A stretch of DNA of 32,000 bases from Acaryochloris marina MBIC11017 (GCF_000018105.1 NC_009925.1:2760001-2792000); one strand, 5' to 3'; shown: positions 1 through 8,657, counted from the first letter of the stretch. The notes: generated by a model from the letters alone, not told the origin. Translations and numbers: made by a program.

Positions 1-1052
1 AAATCGCGGCGTTGAGATTCATTAAAGTCTTGCACCCATAGACGGGTCGAAAGTTCCAGACGGTCGGCAGGTTCCTGCTCGTTATAGGCTTTAGGACGGG
101 AAGTGACGATAAATACTGATTTGCTGTAATGGCGCATCTGGTCATTAATCCATCGAGCCACTGCCGGACGCTGCCCAGAGGCCACCTCATCAAAGCCATC
201 CAGCATCACCACCGCTTTTCCTTGACGGAGCTGTTTCTGAACCCAATCCTCCGGTAAGTCAGCTAGCTTGTCAGAGTCTGGTAAATCTGGAATGTGATGG
301 TTTTTAATCAACTCAAGCAGAGTCGGTGGTTGCTCCTGAGCGAGACGGTCTCGATGTTTCCGCAACACTAGCAAAAATGGTACTCGTCGCGGAACGCCAT
401 ACTTGCCCTGTTGATCCATCCCATAGGTATGGGCAATATGTTTAAGCAAAGTCGTTTTGCCATACCCACCCCAGGCCAACACCACAATTTGTCGGAAGGT
501 TAATTCTTGATCCGTCTTGCCAAGTAAGTCCCAAATTTTGTGTCCACAAACTCCATCACGAGCAGACTTTTCAAGGTGCTGTTCAGGGAACTTCCGCCAA
601 CCTGCTGGTAAGGAGCTAGCGTCCAACTCTAAAGGAACATAAATTTCTTCCAACAGGGGCATAAAAATACCATCATGTTGCACCACCCCTTCAGATTTCT
701 GACGACGGCAAGCCCAAGCTTGACATCGATAATACTGTTCTTCTACGCCACTAACTTTAGCAATGCCATGATCAATCGCTTTATTGGCGGCTTCTCCTGC
801 TTTTGTTAGGCGATCTTGATTGCCCTTATGAACTGGGTTAAGCAGACTGGCTCCATAGGAAATTCCCAAACCAATCACTCCAGACGCCAAGGCTTTGGGA
901 ATATCACTATCTTTGAACAGGGACCAAAACGCACCTGCTCCACCTACCGTCACCCCACCTGTCCGTACTGCTTTAACCACAACATCCGCAATCTGGTCGC
1001 TGAGAGAAACCTTAGCTTTAGGTTTTGAAGTAGGTTTGTCAGTCTTGGTCAT
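1..1052 (-). CDS. NACHT-family STAND NTPase, N-terminal part; the gene continues beyond the window start
   Basis: Not in the ORF track because no stop lies in the window. Reverse-strand ATG at 1052-1050 opens MTKTDKPTSKPKAKVSLSDQIADVVVKAVRTGGVTVGGAGAFWSLF... A Walker A motif (VVLAWGGYGKTTLLKHI) sits at about 452-478 and a Walker B motif (AVVMLDGFDEV) at about 183-212. The frame stays open to position 1. The pre-NACHT motif EEIYVPLEL resembles QDIYVRLEV in the second NACHT gene. Confidence 0.8.
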   Translation of the reverse strand, partial: MTKTDKPTSKPKAKVSLSDQIADVVVKAVRTGGVTVGGAGAFWSLFKDSDIPKALASGVIGLGISYGASLLNPVHKGNQDRLTKAGEAANKAIDHGIAKVSGVEEQYYRCQAWACRRQKSEGVVQHDGIFMPLLEEIYVPLELDASSLPAGWRKFPEQHLEKSARDGVCGHKIWDLLGKTDQELTFRQIVVLAWGGYGKTTLLKHIAHTYGMDQQGKYGVPRRVPFLLVLRKHRDRLAQEQPPTLLELIKNHHIPDLPDSDKLADLPEDWVQKQLRQGKAVVMLDGFDEVASGQRPAVARWINDQMRHYSKSVFIVTSRPKAYNEQEPADRLELSTRLWVQDFNESQRRD

Positions 1053-1193
1053 GGCTCTGGAAATATGGCGCTGCCTTTAGTACAGGACAGAACTTTTATC
1101 AGCTAGCTAGGGGTATGTTTTTAAGGAGAGCACGACCCCTCACAGCTAGATCCAATGTTTTTCTAGTCAACAGTCTCAATTATGCTACATTAG

Positions 1194-1342
1194 CCCCCTA
1201 AATCCCCCATTCTGGGGGACTTTAATCCTATAGCTAGGCAGGAGCATAAAGCCCAAAATCTTCAACATATTTCCCTCAAATCTGATTGTGAATATCTGTG
1301 AAAAAAACAGGTGAAGTCCCCCACTGGCAGGGGATTTAGGGG
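1194..1342. repeat. Inverted pair of a ~33-bp palindromic dispersed repeat (copies A and B), MITE-like
   Basis: Copy A (1194-1228) is ccccctaaatcccccattctgggggactttaatcc. The reverse complement of copy B (1311-1342) is cccctaaatcccctgccagtgggggacttcac. Each copy has an internal CCCCC-loop-GGGGG hairpin. The two copies are inverted around about 80 bp of non-coding DNA. Confidence 0.6.
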
Positions 1343-1376
1343 ACCAGTGCAATGGAGAAAGCTATAGACATAATCA

Positions 1377-1407
1377 CCTCAAATCCCTCATTCTGGAGAC
1401 TTTGATT
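1377..1407 (+). repeat. Degenerate copy C of the same palindromic repeat, overlapping the 3' end of the DUF559 gene
   Basis: cctcaaatccctcattctggagactttgatt aligns with copy A (ccctaaatcccccattctgggggactttaat) with a few mismatches. It contributes the last codons (..SKSPE*) of the DUF559 ORF. Confidence 0.5.
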
Positions 1408-1822
1408 GTCGATCAAGGCTTTGCTCACTCGCATATCGGATTTGCTGAAGTACCTGATCTAGGTGGTGCATAACGTCTGAGTTCTGGAATCGGATCACTC
1501 GGAAACCAAGCTGGTTGAATTGCTCGGTACGGGCTTCATCATACTCCACCTGCTGATTGTGGATGTCGCCGTCTAGCTCAATCACTAATCGGCATTGGGG
1601 ACAGTAAAAATCGACAATGAACGAACCAATGGCGTGTTGACAGCGGAATTTCAGGCCGCTGAGTTGACGTTTTTGCAGTGCTTTCCACAGCTTTTGTTCG
1701 GCAGGCGTCAGATTGAGTCTGAGTCTTCGCGCGGCGGCAACGACGGCTGGGGTCATGCCGCGAATACGGTGGCGCTGCATCTGCTTCTCTCGCATCGTGT
1801 TACCCCTAACCCTATCTCCCAT
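1388..1822 (-). CDS. DUF559 / Vsr-like endonuclease-domain protein
   Basis: 144-aa ORF. LTPAEQKLWKALQKRQLSGLKFRCQHAIGSFIVDFYCPQCRLVIELDGDIH...RTEQFNQLGFRVIRF matches the typical DUF559 (restriction-endonuclease-fold) pattern. The true start may be an internal Met. Confidence 0.8.
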   Translation of the reverse strand: MGDRVRGNTMREKQMQRHRIRGMTPAVVAAARRLRLNLTPAEQKLWKALQKRQLSGLKFRCQHAIGSFIVDFYCPQCRLVIELDGDIHNQQVEYDEARTEQFNQLGFRVIRFQNSDVMHHLDQVLQQIRYASEQSLDRQSKSPE

Positions 1823-1840
1823 CTCGGAGAATCATAAATC

Positions 1841-1872
1841 TCAAGGTCCCCCAGAATGGGGGATTCAGGGGG
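1841..1872 (-). repeat. Copy D of the palindromic repeat, just upstream of the DUF559 gene and inverted relative to copy C
   Basis: The reverse complement of 1841-1872 is ccccctgaatcccccattctgggggaccttga. This is nearly identical to copy A. Confidence 0.6.
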
Positions 1873-1977
1873 CGAATGCAGAGTTAAATTGGGCTTCCAA
1901 AACAACTTCTCAACCCGGCTTATGATGACGACAGAGGGTGATGGCTTCAATGTTTGTCCTATAACTGAGGACACTTC

Positions 1978-3186
1978 TCAATCGTATTGAACAATCAACT
2001 CCAACCCCTTTGCTCCCCTCAGCCGAAACGCATGCAAAACAATTGGATCCTTCAACTCCAACTCCGCAGTCGGATCATAATCCTCAAAATAAGCTGCAGC
2101 AGGCGCATCCCCATCCAAAAACTGAATCACCGCATCTTCCCCAAACCGTTGCTTCGCCACCGCCAAACAATCCTTCATCAACAACGACGGCGTAATCATC
2201 GAGCCTACATACGCCTTCGTTTCCTCATCAAACACCCGAATCCCCCGCGCCACCGACTGGGTCTCATGCAGCATAAACGGGCCACCCCGCTTATACTCCC
2301 CTCGCTCCAACACCGCCTCAATATCCTCCGGCTTACGAATCACCCCATGGGTATCAATCGTCACCATCGCCACATCCGGTTGGGCCTCCAGCTGCTCTAG
2401 CTCCTTGCGAATTTGCCCCTTGATATCATCCAGCCGCTCATTACTCGTCTTCCCTTCCCCTTCCAAATCGCTGAAATCCAGATAAGCCGACCGCCCATCT
2501 GCATAGGTCACCAGCCCCGACAACAAAATATTGGGGGCAGATTGCCCTGAAATCTTAGACGAACGGTAGATCGGCAGCTCCGTTTGCCCCGCGTTCTTCG
2601 GTAACCGATTGGGATTGAAATAGACATAACTGAGGGGAATCGCTTCCTTCTTTTTGGTAAAGCCCTTGAAGGTCGTACCAAAAATTCCCAGCACCTTGCC
2701 CCCCGTGCTCTCAATTTCCGCCTTCACCGTCTTATAGCTGTGATCCGGCAAGAGGGGCATAATCACCGTGCCCGGTTTGCGCTCAAACACAATCGCCGGA
2801 CCCTGACCATACCAGTTCAGTGGCGTATCCGTCAGTACCGATTTACCTTCCACCTTGGTCCGACCAGGAACAGGATAGGTTAAATATTCTCGACCGTTAT
2901 TATCAAGGGCAAACTGGGGTTCATTGCCACGATACTGAAGGGGCGCAACATCAACAGTTTTAATCACCTTTTTCCAGTTGAAGTCATAGTCGTAAAAGGA
3001 AAGCTGAAACACCTTGCTCATGGGCACCGCAGGCTTCGAGGCTAAAGACTCATACTCGATGGGCATTGCTTCTAACCGAAAGGCATCGGGTTCGGAAGCT
3101 GTCTTACGCAACAGGGTACAGTTCACCAACAGAGACGAGCAACCGATCAGCCCCATCAGTTTCACAGATTGAGCAATATTCACCAT
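1978..3186 (-). CDS. Predicted lipoprotein of unknown function
   Basis: 402-aa ORF with an ATG start. The N-terminus MVNIAQSVKLMGLIGCSS carries a lipobox-like L-I-G-C. No family was recognised. It lies 23 bp downstream of the rhomboid gene on the same strand. Confidence 0.6.
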   Translation of the reverse strand: MVNIAQSVKLMGLIGCSSLLVNCTLLRKTASEPDAFRLEAMPIEYESLASKPAVPMSKVFQLSFYDYDFNWKKVIKTVDVAPLQYRGNEPQFALDNNGREYLTYPVPGRTKVEGKSVLTDTPLNWYGQGPAIVFERKPGTVIMPLLPDHSYKTVKAEIESTGGKVLGIFGTTFKGFTKKKEAIPLSYVYFNPNRLPKNAGQTELPIYRSSKISGQSAPNILLSGLVTYADGRSAYLDFSDLEGEGKTSNERLDDIKGQIRKELEQLEAQPDVAMVTIDTHGVIRKPEDIEAVLERGEYKRGGPFMLHETQSVARGIRVFDEETKAYVGSMITPSLLMKDCLAVAKQRFGEDAVIQFLDGDAPAAAYFEDYDPTAELELKDPIVLHAFRLRGAKGLELIVQYD

Positions 3187-3209
3187 ACAAGCAGCTTTAC
3201 ACTCACACG

Positions 3210-3902
3210 TTAACGGCGGGACTGATCATGATCAAACAGTCCCATCAGTGGACCTAGCAAGGCCCCAAACACAAAGCCCCCGGCATGAGCCCAATAGGCT
3301 ACCCCGCCCATATTCATGGGGGCATTGAGGCTAGCGACGCTATTAAAAGCTTGCTGGGCAAACCAGAATCCTAAAAAGAACACGGCAGGCAGATTAACCG
3401 TCCACCAGAAAAACCCTAAGGGAATTAGGGTTAAGACCTCCGCTTTGGGGAAGCGAATAATATAGGCCCCCATCACCCCTGCAATTGCACCACTGGCCCC
3501 TAAAGACGGAATTTCAGAATTGACGCTAAAAAACCATTGACTGAGGGCCGCTAAAGCTCCACAGCTGAGGTAAAACACCAGATATTTGACATGGCCCAGT
3601 TTGTCCTCAATATTATTCCCGAACACCCACAGGAACAGCATATTCCCGGCAATATGCAAAATTCCCCCGTGCAGGAACTGAGAGGTAAACAAAGTAATCC
3701 AGGCGGGATGAGGCAAGGTCGTGGGTTCTCCTTGGAAACTCGCGGTCAATTCTCGGGGAACCACCGCCCACAAGCGGAAAAAGGCGTCTAGTTCTGGCCC
3801 CAAGCGCAACTCATGCAGGAAGACGACAATATTGAGGGCAATCAGAACATAGGTAACAAAGGGTGTAATTCGAGTGGGGTTATTATCGCGTAGGGGTACC
3901 AC
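3210..3902 (-). CDS. Rhomboid-family intramembrane serine protease
   Basis: 230-aa polytopic ORF with a GTG start. It has HGGILHIAGNMLFLWVFG (H..H...N), the catalytic-Ser motif GASGAIAG, and the catalytic-His region YWAHAGGF. Confidence 0.85.
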   Translation of the reverse strand: MVPLRDNNPTRITPFVTYVLIALNIVVFLHELRLGPELDAFFRLWAVVPRELTASFQGEPTTLPHPAWITLFTSQFLHGGILHIAGNMLFLWVFGNNIEDKLGHVKYLVFYLSCGALAALSQWFFSVNSEIPSLGASGAIAGVMGAYIIRFPKAEVLTLIPLGFFWWTVNLPAVFFLGFWFAQQAFNSVASLNAPMNMGGVAYWAHAGGFVFGALLGPLMGLFDHDQSRR

Positions 3903-4034
3903 AGTTTTTTTTGATCGATTCCACTAAAAGTGCACTATTCTCTACATGGGGCCAAGTCGCTCTCCTGAGCTAAGCGATGGGTCTGACCAGGATTAGCGAT
4001 TTCAGGAGCATAGGCTCTAAAAACCGGACAGGGC

Positions 4035-5885
4035 ATGACAGAGCAGGCAGCAGCACAGACACAACCCCTTCAGTTCATGTTAGCGGATACCGATCCGATC
4101 TTTCGGGTCGGGTTAAAAGCTTGCCTAGACGCCGTAGCCGATATTCAGGTTGTCGCTGAAGCCGACGATCCAGCTCAAGTTTTACAGCTGTTCTCAACGC
4201 CATTGGCAGAAGAGGCCAGCCCAGAGGTCGATCCACAATCTCTGGATTTGCTGATTCTCGATATCAGTCGGGTCGGGGATACCGAAGCGAATGGCCTCCT
4301 CTGTCAACAGCTAAAGGGGCGCTATCCCAATCTGGCCCTGTTTGTTTTATCGGCAACCATCGACCCCAATCAGCTCACCAAACTGTGGCAAGTCGGCGTT
4401 GAAGGCTTTTGTCGGAAAGGCAGTGTCGATACCCCCACCTTAATCCAGCAATTTCGGCGAACCAGTCAAGGCCAGCGGGTTTGGGACGCCGCTCAGAAGG
4501 CCCAGGCTCAGATCGTGCCGCAGCCTGATGCCCCGCCGCCGATGGTCACTCAAAATGTGACCGCCTTTACCCTGTTGCGGCAGGTGTTTATGCAAACGGG
4601 GTTAAAGCAAATTGAGCAAACCCTAGAGCAGCTGCAAGCTCGCCGCCAAGGGGAAGCCTTAACCCAATGGCAACGCGCTGTAAATGAAGGGCGAGAGCGA
4701 GAATTACAATCCGTGCGCTGGCTGGTGCGCCAGTATATGGAGCGCCAGAGTGGTGCCGCTGAGGAAGACGCCCCCGCAGAACCAGAAGAACCTGCTTTTT
4801 CTTGGGCCAATGTCGATCCCTGGGAAACCGATGAGTTAGCGGTCCCCTCGCGGGTTACGGAAGTGAGTGACGGGGGGGACCTCGCTGCTCAGCCAGACAT
4901 CACCACCGTACTGATGGATGGGTTGCTGGCTAAGCTCCCCACTAGCCTCTCCAATCGCACCCAAGATCCGTTAGAAATTGATATTCTCAAGGCCCAAAAG
5001 CGCCAGGATTTATTTCTGATTGTGTTGAAGCAATTTGAAACCGTGGTGGAAGAGTTGCGCTATGCCCAGGTGACGCGATCTCAACTGGTAACCAAACGCT
5101 CCAAACTCCTGCAAGACCTATGGATGGGGGCCACCGCCGATTTTTTTGGTAAGTATTTGACCATCCCGTTATCTCCAGCAGTCAACACCCAGGGCTTAGA
5201 AGATATCGAAATTGTCAGTGTGCTCCAGCAAGACCAAACCATTGTCGAAGCAGAGATCCTCAATAAAATTCCCCTGGTAACGGAACTGCTGGATCATCTC
5301 CTGTTTAAAGCGCCTTTACTGGTTGACAATACCTTGTCCGCCGTGGGTTCTCCTGAAGCCATGCTCCAGGCAGAAGCTCTGCTGAGTAACCTCGTGGTCA
5401 GTGTGGCCAATGGTGTGCTGCAGCCATTGCTGAATCGCTTTGCCACCAATGAAGCGATTAAACAAAGCTTCTACGACCGTTCTTTAATTTCTACCCGTGA
5501 TATTGAGCGGTTTCGCAATGCCCTCTCTAATCACTACCGGTCTCGACGCCTGTTCAAAGAGCCTACTGATATTTTCGAAAGTCAGTATAGGTTAATCGTG
5601 TTTAGTGAGGCGGGGATGCAGAAAATTTCCGTTTATGCTTCCCGCGATCAGGAACTCAAGCAGCTCCAGGGCATCCGGTTTTTTGTGACCTTGGCTTTAG
5701 AGGGGAGAGATGCGATCGCACCGCCACTACAGGCCACCTTCACCTTCCTCGGTCGAGGAGTGGTTTATATCCTCACTCAAGTGATTGGCCGAGGCTTAGG
5801 TTTAATTGGTCGCGGCATCTTACAAGGGGTCGGCGGCACCTGGCAAGACATTTTCGTCAGCCGCAAAAGCCATCAAGAAAAATAA
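4035..5885 (+). CDS. Response-regulator receiver-like domain protein with a long C-terminal region (DUF3685/Ycf55-like)
   Basis: 616 aa. The N-terminus has a CheY-like pattern: FMLADTDPIF, LLILDIS (candidate phospho-Asp), FVLSAT and GFCRKG. An acidic, proline-rich linker is followed by a conserved-looking C-terminal half. The DUF3685/Ycf55 assignment is from memory of this architecture and was not searched. Confidence 0.55.
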   Translation: MTEQAAAQTQPLQFMLADTDPIFRVGLKACLDAVADIQVVAEADDPAQVLQLFSTPLAEEASPEVDPQSLDLLILDISRVGDTEANGLLCQQLKGRYPNLALFVLSATIDPNQLTKLWQVGVEGFCRKGSVDTPTLIQQFRRTSQGQRVWDAAQKAQAQIVPQPDAPPPMVTQNVTAFTLLRQVFMQTGLKQIEQTLEQLQARRQGEALTQWQRAVNEGRERELQSVRWLVRQYMERQSGAAEEDAPAEPEEPAFSWANVDPWETDELAVPSRVTEVSDGGDLAAQPDITTVLMDGLLAKLPTSLSNRTQDPLEIDILKAQKRQDLFLIVLKQFETVVEELRYAQVTRSQLVTKRSKLLQDLWMGATADFFGKYLTIPLSPAVNTQGLEDIEIVSVLQQDQTIVEAEILNKIPLVTELLDHLLFKAPLLVDNTLSAVGSPEAMLQAEALLSNLVVSVANGVLQPLLNRFATNEAIKQSFYDRSLISTRDIERFRNALSNHYRSRRLFKEPTDIFESQYRLIVFSEAGMQKISVYASRDQELKQLQGIRFFVTLALEGRDAIAPPLQATFTFLGRGVVYILTQVIGRGLGLIGRGILQGVGGTWQDIFVSRKSHQEK

Positions 5886-5968
5886 CCTCCGGTCCGTAGA
5901 TTCACGATCGCAATCCCTGAATATTCTCTTGGAATCGGTATATTCACTCTTCTCACTCCCAGAGACCA

Positions 5969-6784
5969 GTGACTAAGATCGAAGCTCAGGATTTGAATAG
6001 GTTAAGCCCCATGATGCAAGTAGCCGAGTTGCTGGAGCGCTACGCTGCCGGAGAAAGAGATTTTTGCGAAATAGAGTTAAAAAATGCGGACTTAAGCCAG
6101 CAGAATTTATCTGGCGCCACATTTATTAAGTCCAAATTAAGCCATATGAATTTGGAGAATGCCTACTTATATGGGGTGAACTTCAAACACAGTTATATCG
6201 AAGATACAAACCTGGCGGGTGCCCAGCTTTGTGGCGCCAACCTATGGGGCGTTAATTTTCAGGGTAGTGTGCTGGCAGAGGCAAACCTCAGTGATGCCTA
6301 TATCCGAGGCACCTATCTCCTCAAAGCAGATTTGAGTAAGGTGAATCTTCAGCGAGCCAATTTGCAGCGGTCTTACCTATGGGGGGCAACCCTGAATCAT
6401 GCCGATATGCGGGACGCCAATTTAACCGGCGCAAACTTAGATTCGGCAACCTTAATGTTTGCCGATCTGAGCGAAGCCAACTGCCAAGATAGCTCTATGA
6501 AAGGGGCGAATTTAAGTGGGGCTTGCCTGATTGGAGCTTGCCTGGATCGCGTTAACCTGAGCCACGCCAACCTAAGCATGGCCGAACTCAGCGAAGCGCG
6601 AATGAAGTTTGCCCAACTGACGGACACCATTTTCCAGCAGGCAAACTTAAGCAGCACCAATCTGGCCTACGCCCAAGTGCAGCTACAGAGACTGCAAGAC
6701 GCCATTTTATCTCGCACCATTTTGCCGGATCAGCGGGTGGTCAACAATCTGGCCCCAGCAATGGTCGCTAGCGTCACACACTAA
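5969..6784 (+). CDS. Pentapeptide-repeat protein (cytoplasmic type)
   Basis: 271 aa, with a GTG start at 5969 and an alternative ATG at 6011. A(D/N)LxX repeats run throughout (ADLSQQNLSGATFIKSKLSHMNLENAYL...). The repeats are degenerate at the DNA level. Confidence 0.85.
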   Translation: MTKIEAQDLNRLSPMMQVAELLERYAAGERDFCEIELKNADLSQQNLSGATFIKSKLSHMNLENAYLYGVNFKHSYIEDTNLAGAQLCGANLWGVNFQGSVLAEANLSDAYIRGTYLLKADLSKVNLQRANLQRSYLWGATLNHADMRDANLTGANLDSATLMFADLSEANCQDSSMKGANLSGACLIGACLDRVNLSHANLSMAELSEARMKFAQLTDTIFQQANLSSTNLAYAQVQLQRLQDAILSRTILPDQRVVNNLAPAMVASVTH

Positions 6785-7244
6785 TCGCCCCGGTTTGAAT
6801 CAACTGGCGAATCTCTTGGCGAACTTGCATTAAGATTTTTCCCAGCTGGTTCTGCCCTTTACCATCTGCACCACATCCCCAATAGGGATCTAAAGGCGAA
6901 TTTTCAACAATCAATTCATCCCCCGTGGATAACAGTTCCGCCTGAATCGTCGGATGGGTCAAGAATTTAGTGCGCACGGCAGCATACATAATCTCAGGCT
7001 TGATCACATCCCAATCAGCCTGCTCGGTATAGAGGGGATTACGACCCAGAGCTGCTGCAGCTTCAGGGGTCGATGCCTGTCGAATCTTGTCGCATAAGGC
7101 TTGGTGGGGCGTACCTTGGTATTTTTGGGCTTGATAGTAATGTTCTGAGGTCGGCCAGGTCTGTCCTTGCAGGTCAATACTATGAAGTGAAAAATTGGAA
7201 AAACATCCGTAAGGATCCTGGACTTTGTAGAAAAAAATGGTCAT
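6774..7244 (-). CDS. NADAR (DUF1768 / YbiA-like) family protein
   Basis: 156 aa. FSNFS..., EHYYQAQK and DPYWGCGADGKGQNQLGKILMQVR match the YbiA/NADAR signature. The 3' end overlaps the convergent pentapeptide gene by 11 nt. Confidence 0.8.
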   Translation of the reverse strand: MTIFFYKVQDPYGCFSNFSLHSIDLQGQTWPTSEHYYQAQKYQGTPHQALCDKIRQASTPEAAAALGRNPLYTEQADWDVIKPEIMYAAVRTKFLTHPTIQAELLSTGDELIVENSPLDPYWGCGADGKGQNQLGKILMQVRQEIRQLIQTGAISV

Positions 7245-7731
7245 CCTCAGCTAACTTACCCGACTATCTCTTTCTATGATGACAGCAAACCTGACTTAGC
7301 AAGGACGTTCTTTTCTCCAAAGCTGGCCAAGTTCACCCTGGAAAGGAGTCACTGCCACCCCAAAAAGGCAGCCGCCTCACTTACGATACCCAGGGATAGA
7401 CAGGGAAGCACTCTCTCTAGGCTGTCTCCCTACTTTTGTTAGCCTCCATCCCGATCAGCAGGAACCTGTTGAAGACCACTGAGTCTGTTGCGCCAGTCCT
7501 CTATCCTCAATCATGGTTTTAAAAGTGCCTAACAAGGCTAACCATCGCTTGACTCAGTTCAGCCGCCACAACCGACGCTGCAGCTCTTCCAATCGCCATA
7601 TCTGTAAATTTTTACAAGATTTTGGTTAAATCTCCCAAAAAAAGATATTTTTCTGAGGAGTTATCTGTCTTAAGCCCCCTATTTTTCACGACGACTGCTT
7701 TGGGAAAAATAATCACGAAAGGATTAAGTCA

Positions 7732-8208
7732 ATGCCGACCTCTAGAAAAATTTCTAGTTCGTTTTTTGCGATTGTTCTGATTTGCTTCTTCTTACCCTTC
7801 ATCACGATTTCTTGCGATCGCACTCCGGTATTGGAGTTATCGGGCATGCAAATGACCACCGGAACGACTGTAGAAACGCCATCATTTGCTGGGCCTGCTG
7901 AATCCAAGAAAATTCCTGCCGATGGCAAAGCCATATTTGCGTTTACCTGCTGTGCCGTTGGCTTAGGCAGCAGTCTGCTCAAGAAAACCCGCAACAATAA
8001 AGTTCTACCAGCTTGCGCAGGTGGATTAGGAGCCTTTTTAATTCTGTCCATCAAGTCTGGACTAAACCAAGAGTTCACCAAACAAGGGGCAGGGTATGTG
8101 GGGTTCAATGCAGAATATGGCTTGGGTTTTTGGGGAGCGTTTATCTTTTTTGTCGCTGCCACCCTCTACAATATCTGGCAAATTGTGAACCCCATTCCCA
8201 CGGACTAA
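7732..8208 (+). CDS. Hypothetical integral membrane protein
   Basis: 158 aa with about four hydrophobic segments (FFAIVLICFFLPFITI, AIFAFTCCAVGLG, LPACAGGLGAFLIL, GFWGAFIFFVAATLY). Preferred over the antisense ORF 7713-8162. Confidence 0.55.
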   Translation: MPTSRKISSSFFAIVLICFFLPFITISCDRTPVLELSGMQMTTGTTVETPSFAGPAESKKIPADGKAIFAFTCCAVGLGSSLLKKTRNNKVLPACAGGLGAFLILSIKSGLNQEFTKQGAGYVGFNAEYGLGFWGAFIFFVAATLYNIWQIVNPIPTD

Positions 8209-8312
8209 GCTCTCTTTCTTGTTCTACTATTTTCAGTTTATTGCTCTACTATTTTCAGTAGCTCTGGGCTATCCAGGGATAAAATTATCCTTCACACACC
8301 ACACCTAAACCT

Positions 8313-8657
8313 ATGGGAAAGACAGACATGTTAGTGACCACAACAGATGTCATTCAAGGCGCTGTAATCGATAGTTATTGCGGCATTGTCACCGCTGAAG
8401 TCGTGTATGGCAGTAATGCCTTGCGAGATTTCTTTGCTGGTATTCGCGATATTATTGGCGGTCGTACAGCCAGCTATGAACGCGTGTTTGAAAAGGGCCA
8501 GCAGGATGCCATTTCGGAACTGGAAAAACGGGCAGACCGGTTAGGGGCCAATGCGGTGATCGGTGTGCGGGTCAGTACCGACACCATTAATATTGATGAA
8601 ACCGGGGTTTTACTGTTAATTACCGCTACTGGGACAGCCGTGAAAATGGCCCGGTAA
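8313..8657 (+). CDS. YbjQ family protein (UPF0145, putative heavy-metal-binding domain)
   Basis: 114 aa. MLVTTTDVIQG...YCGIVTAEVVYGSNALRDFFAGIRDIIGGR...LGANAVIGVRV...ATGTAV is the classic YbjQ pattern. Confidence 0.85.
   Translation: MGKTDMLVTTTDVIQGAVIDSYCGIVTAEVVYGSNALRDFFAGIRDIIGGRTASYERVFEKGQQDAISELEKRADRLGANAVIGVRVSTDTINIDETGVLLLITATGTAVKMAR

Noticed and set aside
816-1080. Two plus-strand ORFs of 60-70 aa.
   Set aside because: They are antisense to the clearly coding NACHT N-terminus and show no motifs.
1753-1974. The 73-aa minus-strand ORF containing SPPESPILGDLE, and the plus-strand ORFs 1595-1925.
   Set aside because: The peptide-like motif is simply the translation of palindromic repeat copy D. 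These ORFs overlap the well-supported DUF559 gene or non-coding repeat DNA.
1987-2400. Plus-strand Pro/Arg/Gln-rich ORFs (137 and 61 aa) inside the lipoprotein gene.
   Set aside because: They have the low-complexity composition typical of antisense frames, and the longer minus-strand ORF has a lipoprotein signal.
7713-8162. A 149-aa minus-strand ORF antisense to the membrane-protein gene.
   Set aside because: The plus-strand product has a coherent series of hydrophobic helices. The minus-strand product is a low-complexity Pro/Ala/Lys mix with no recognisable features.
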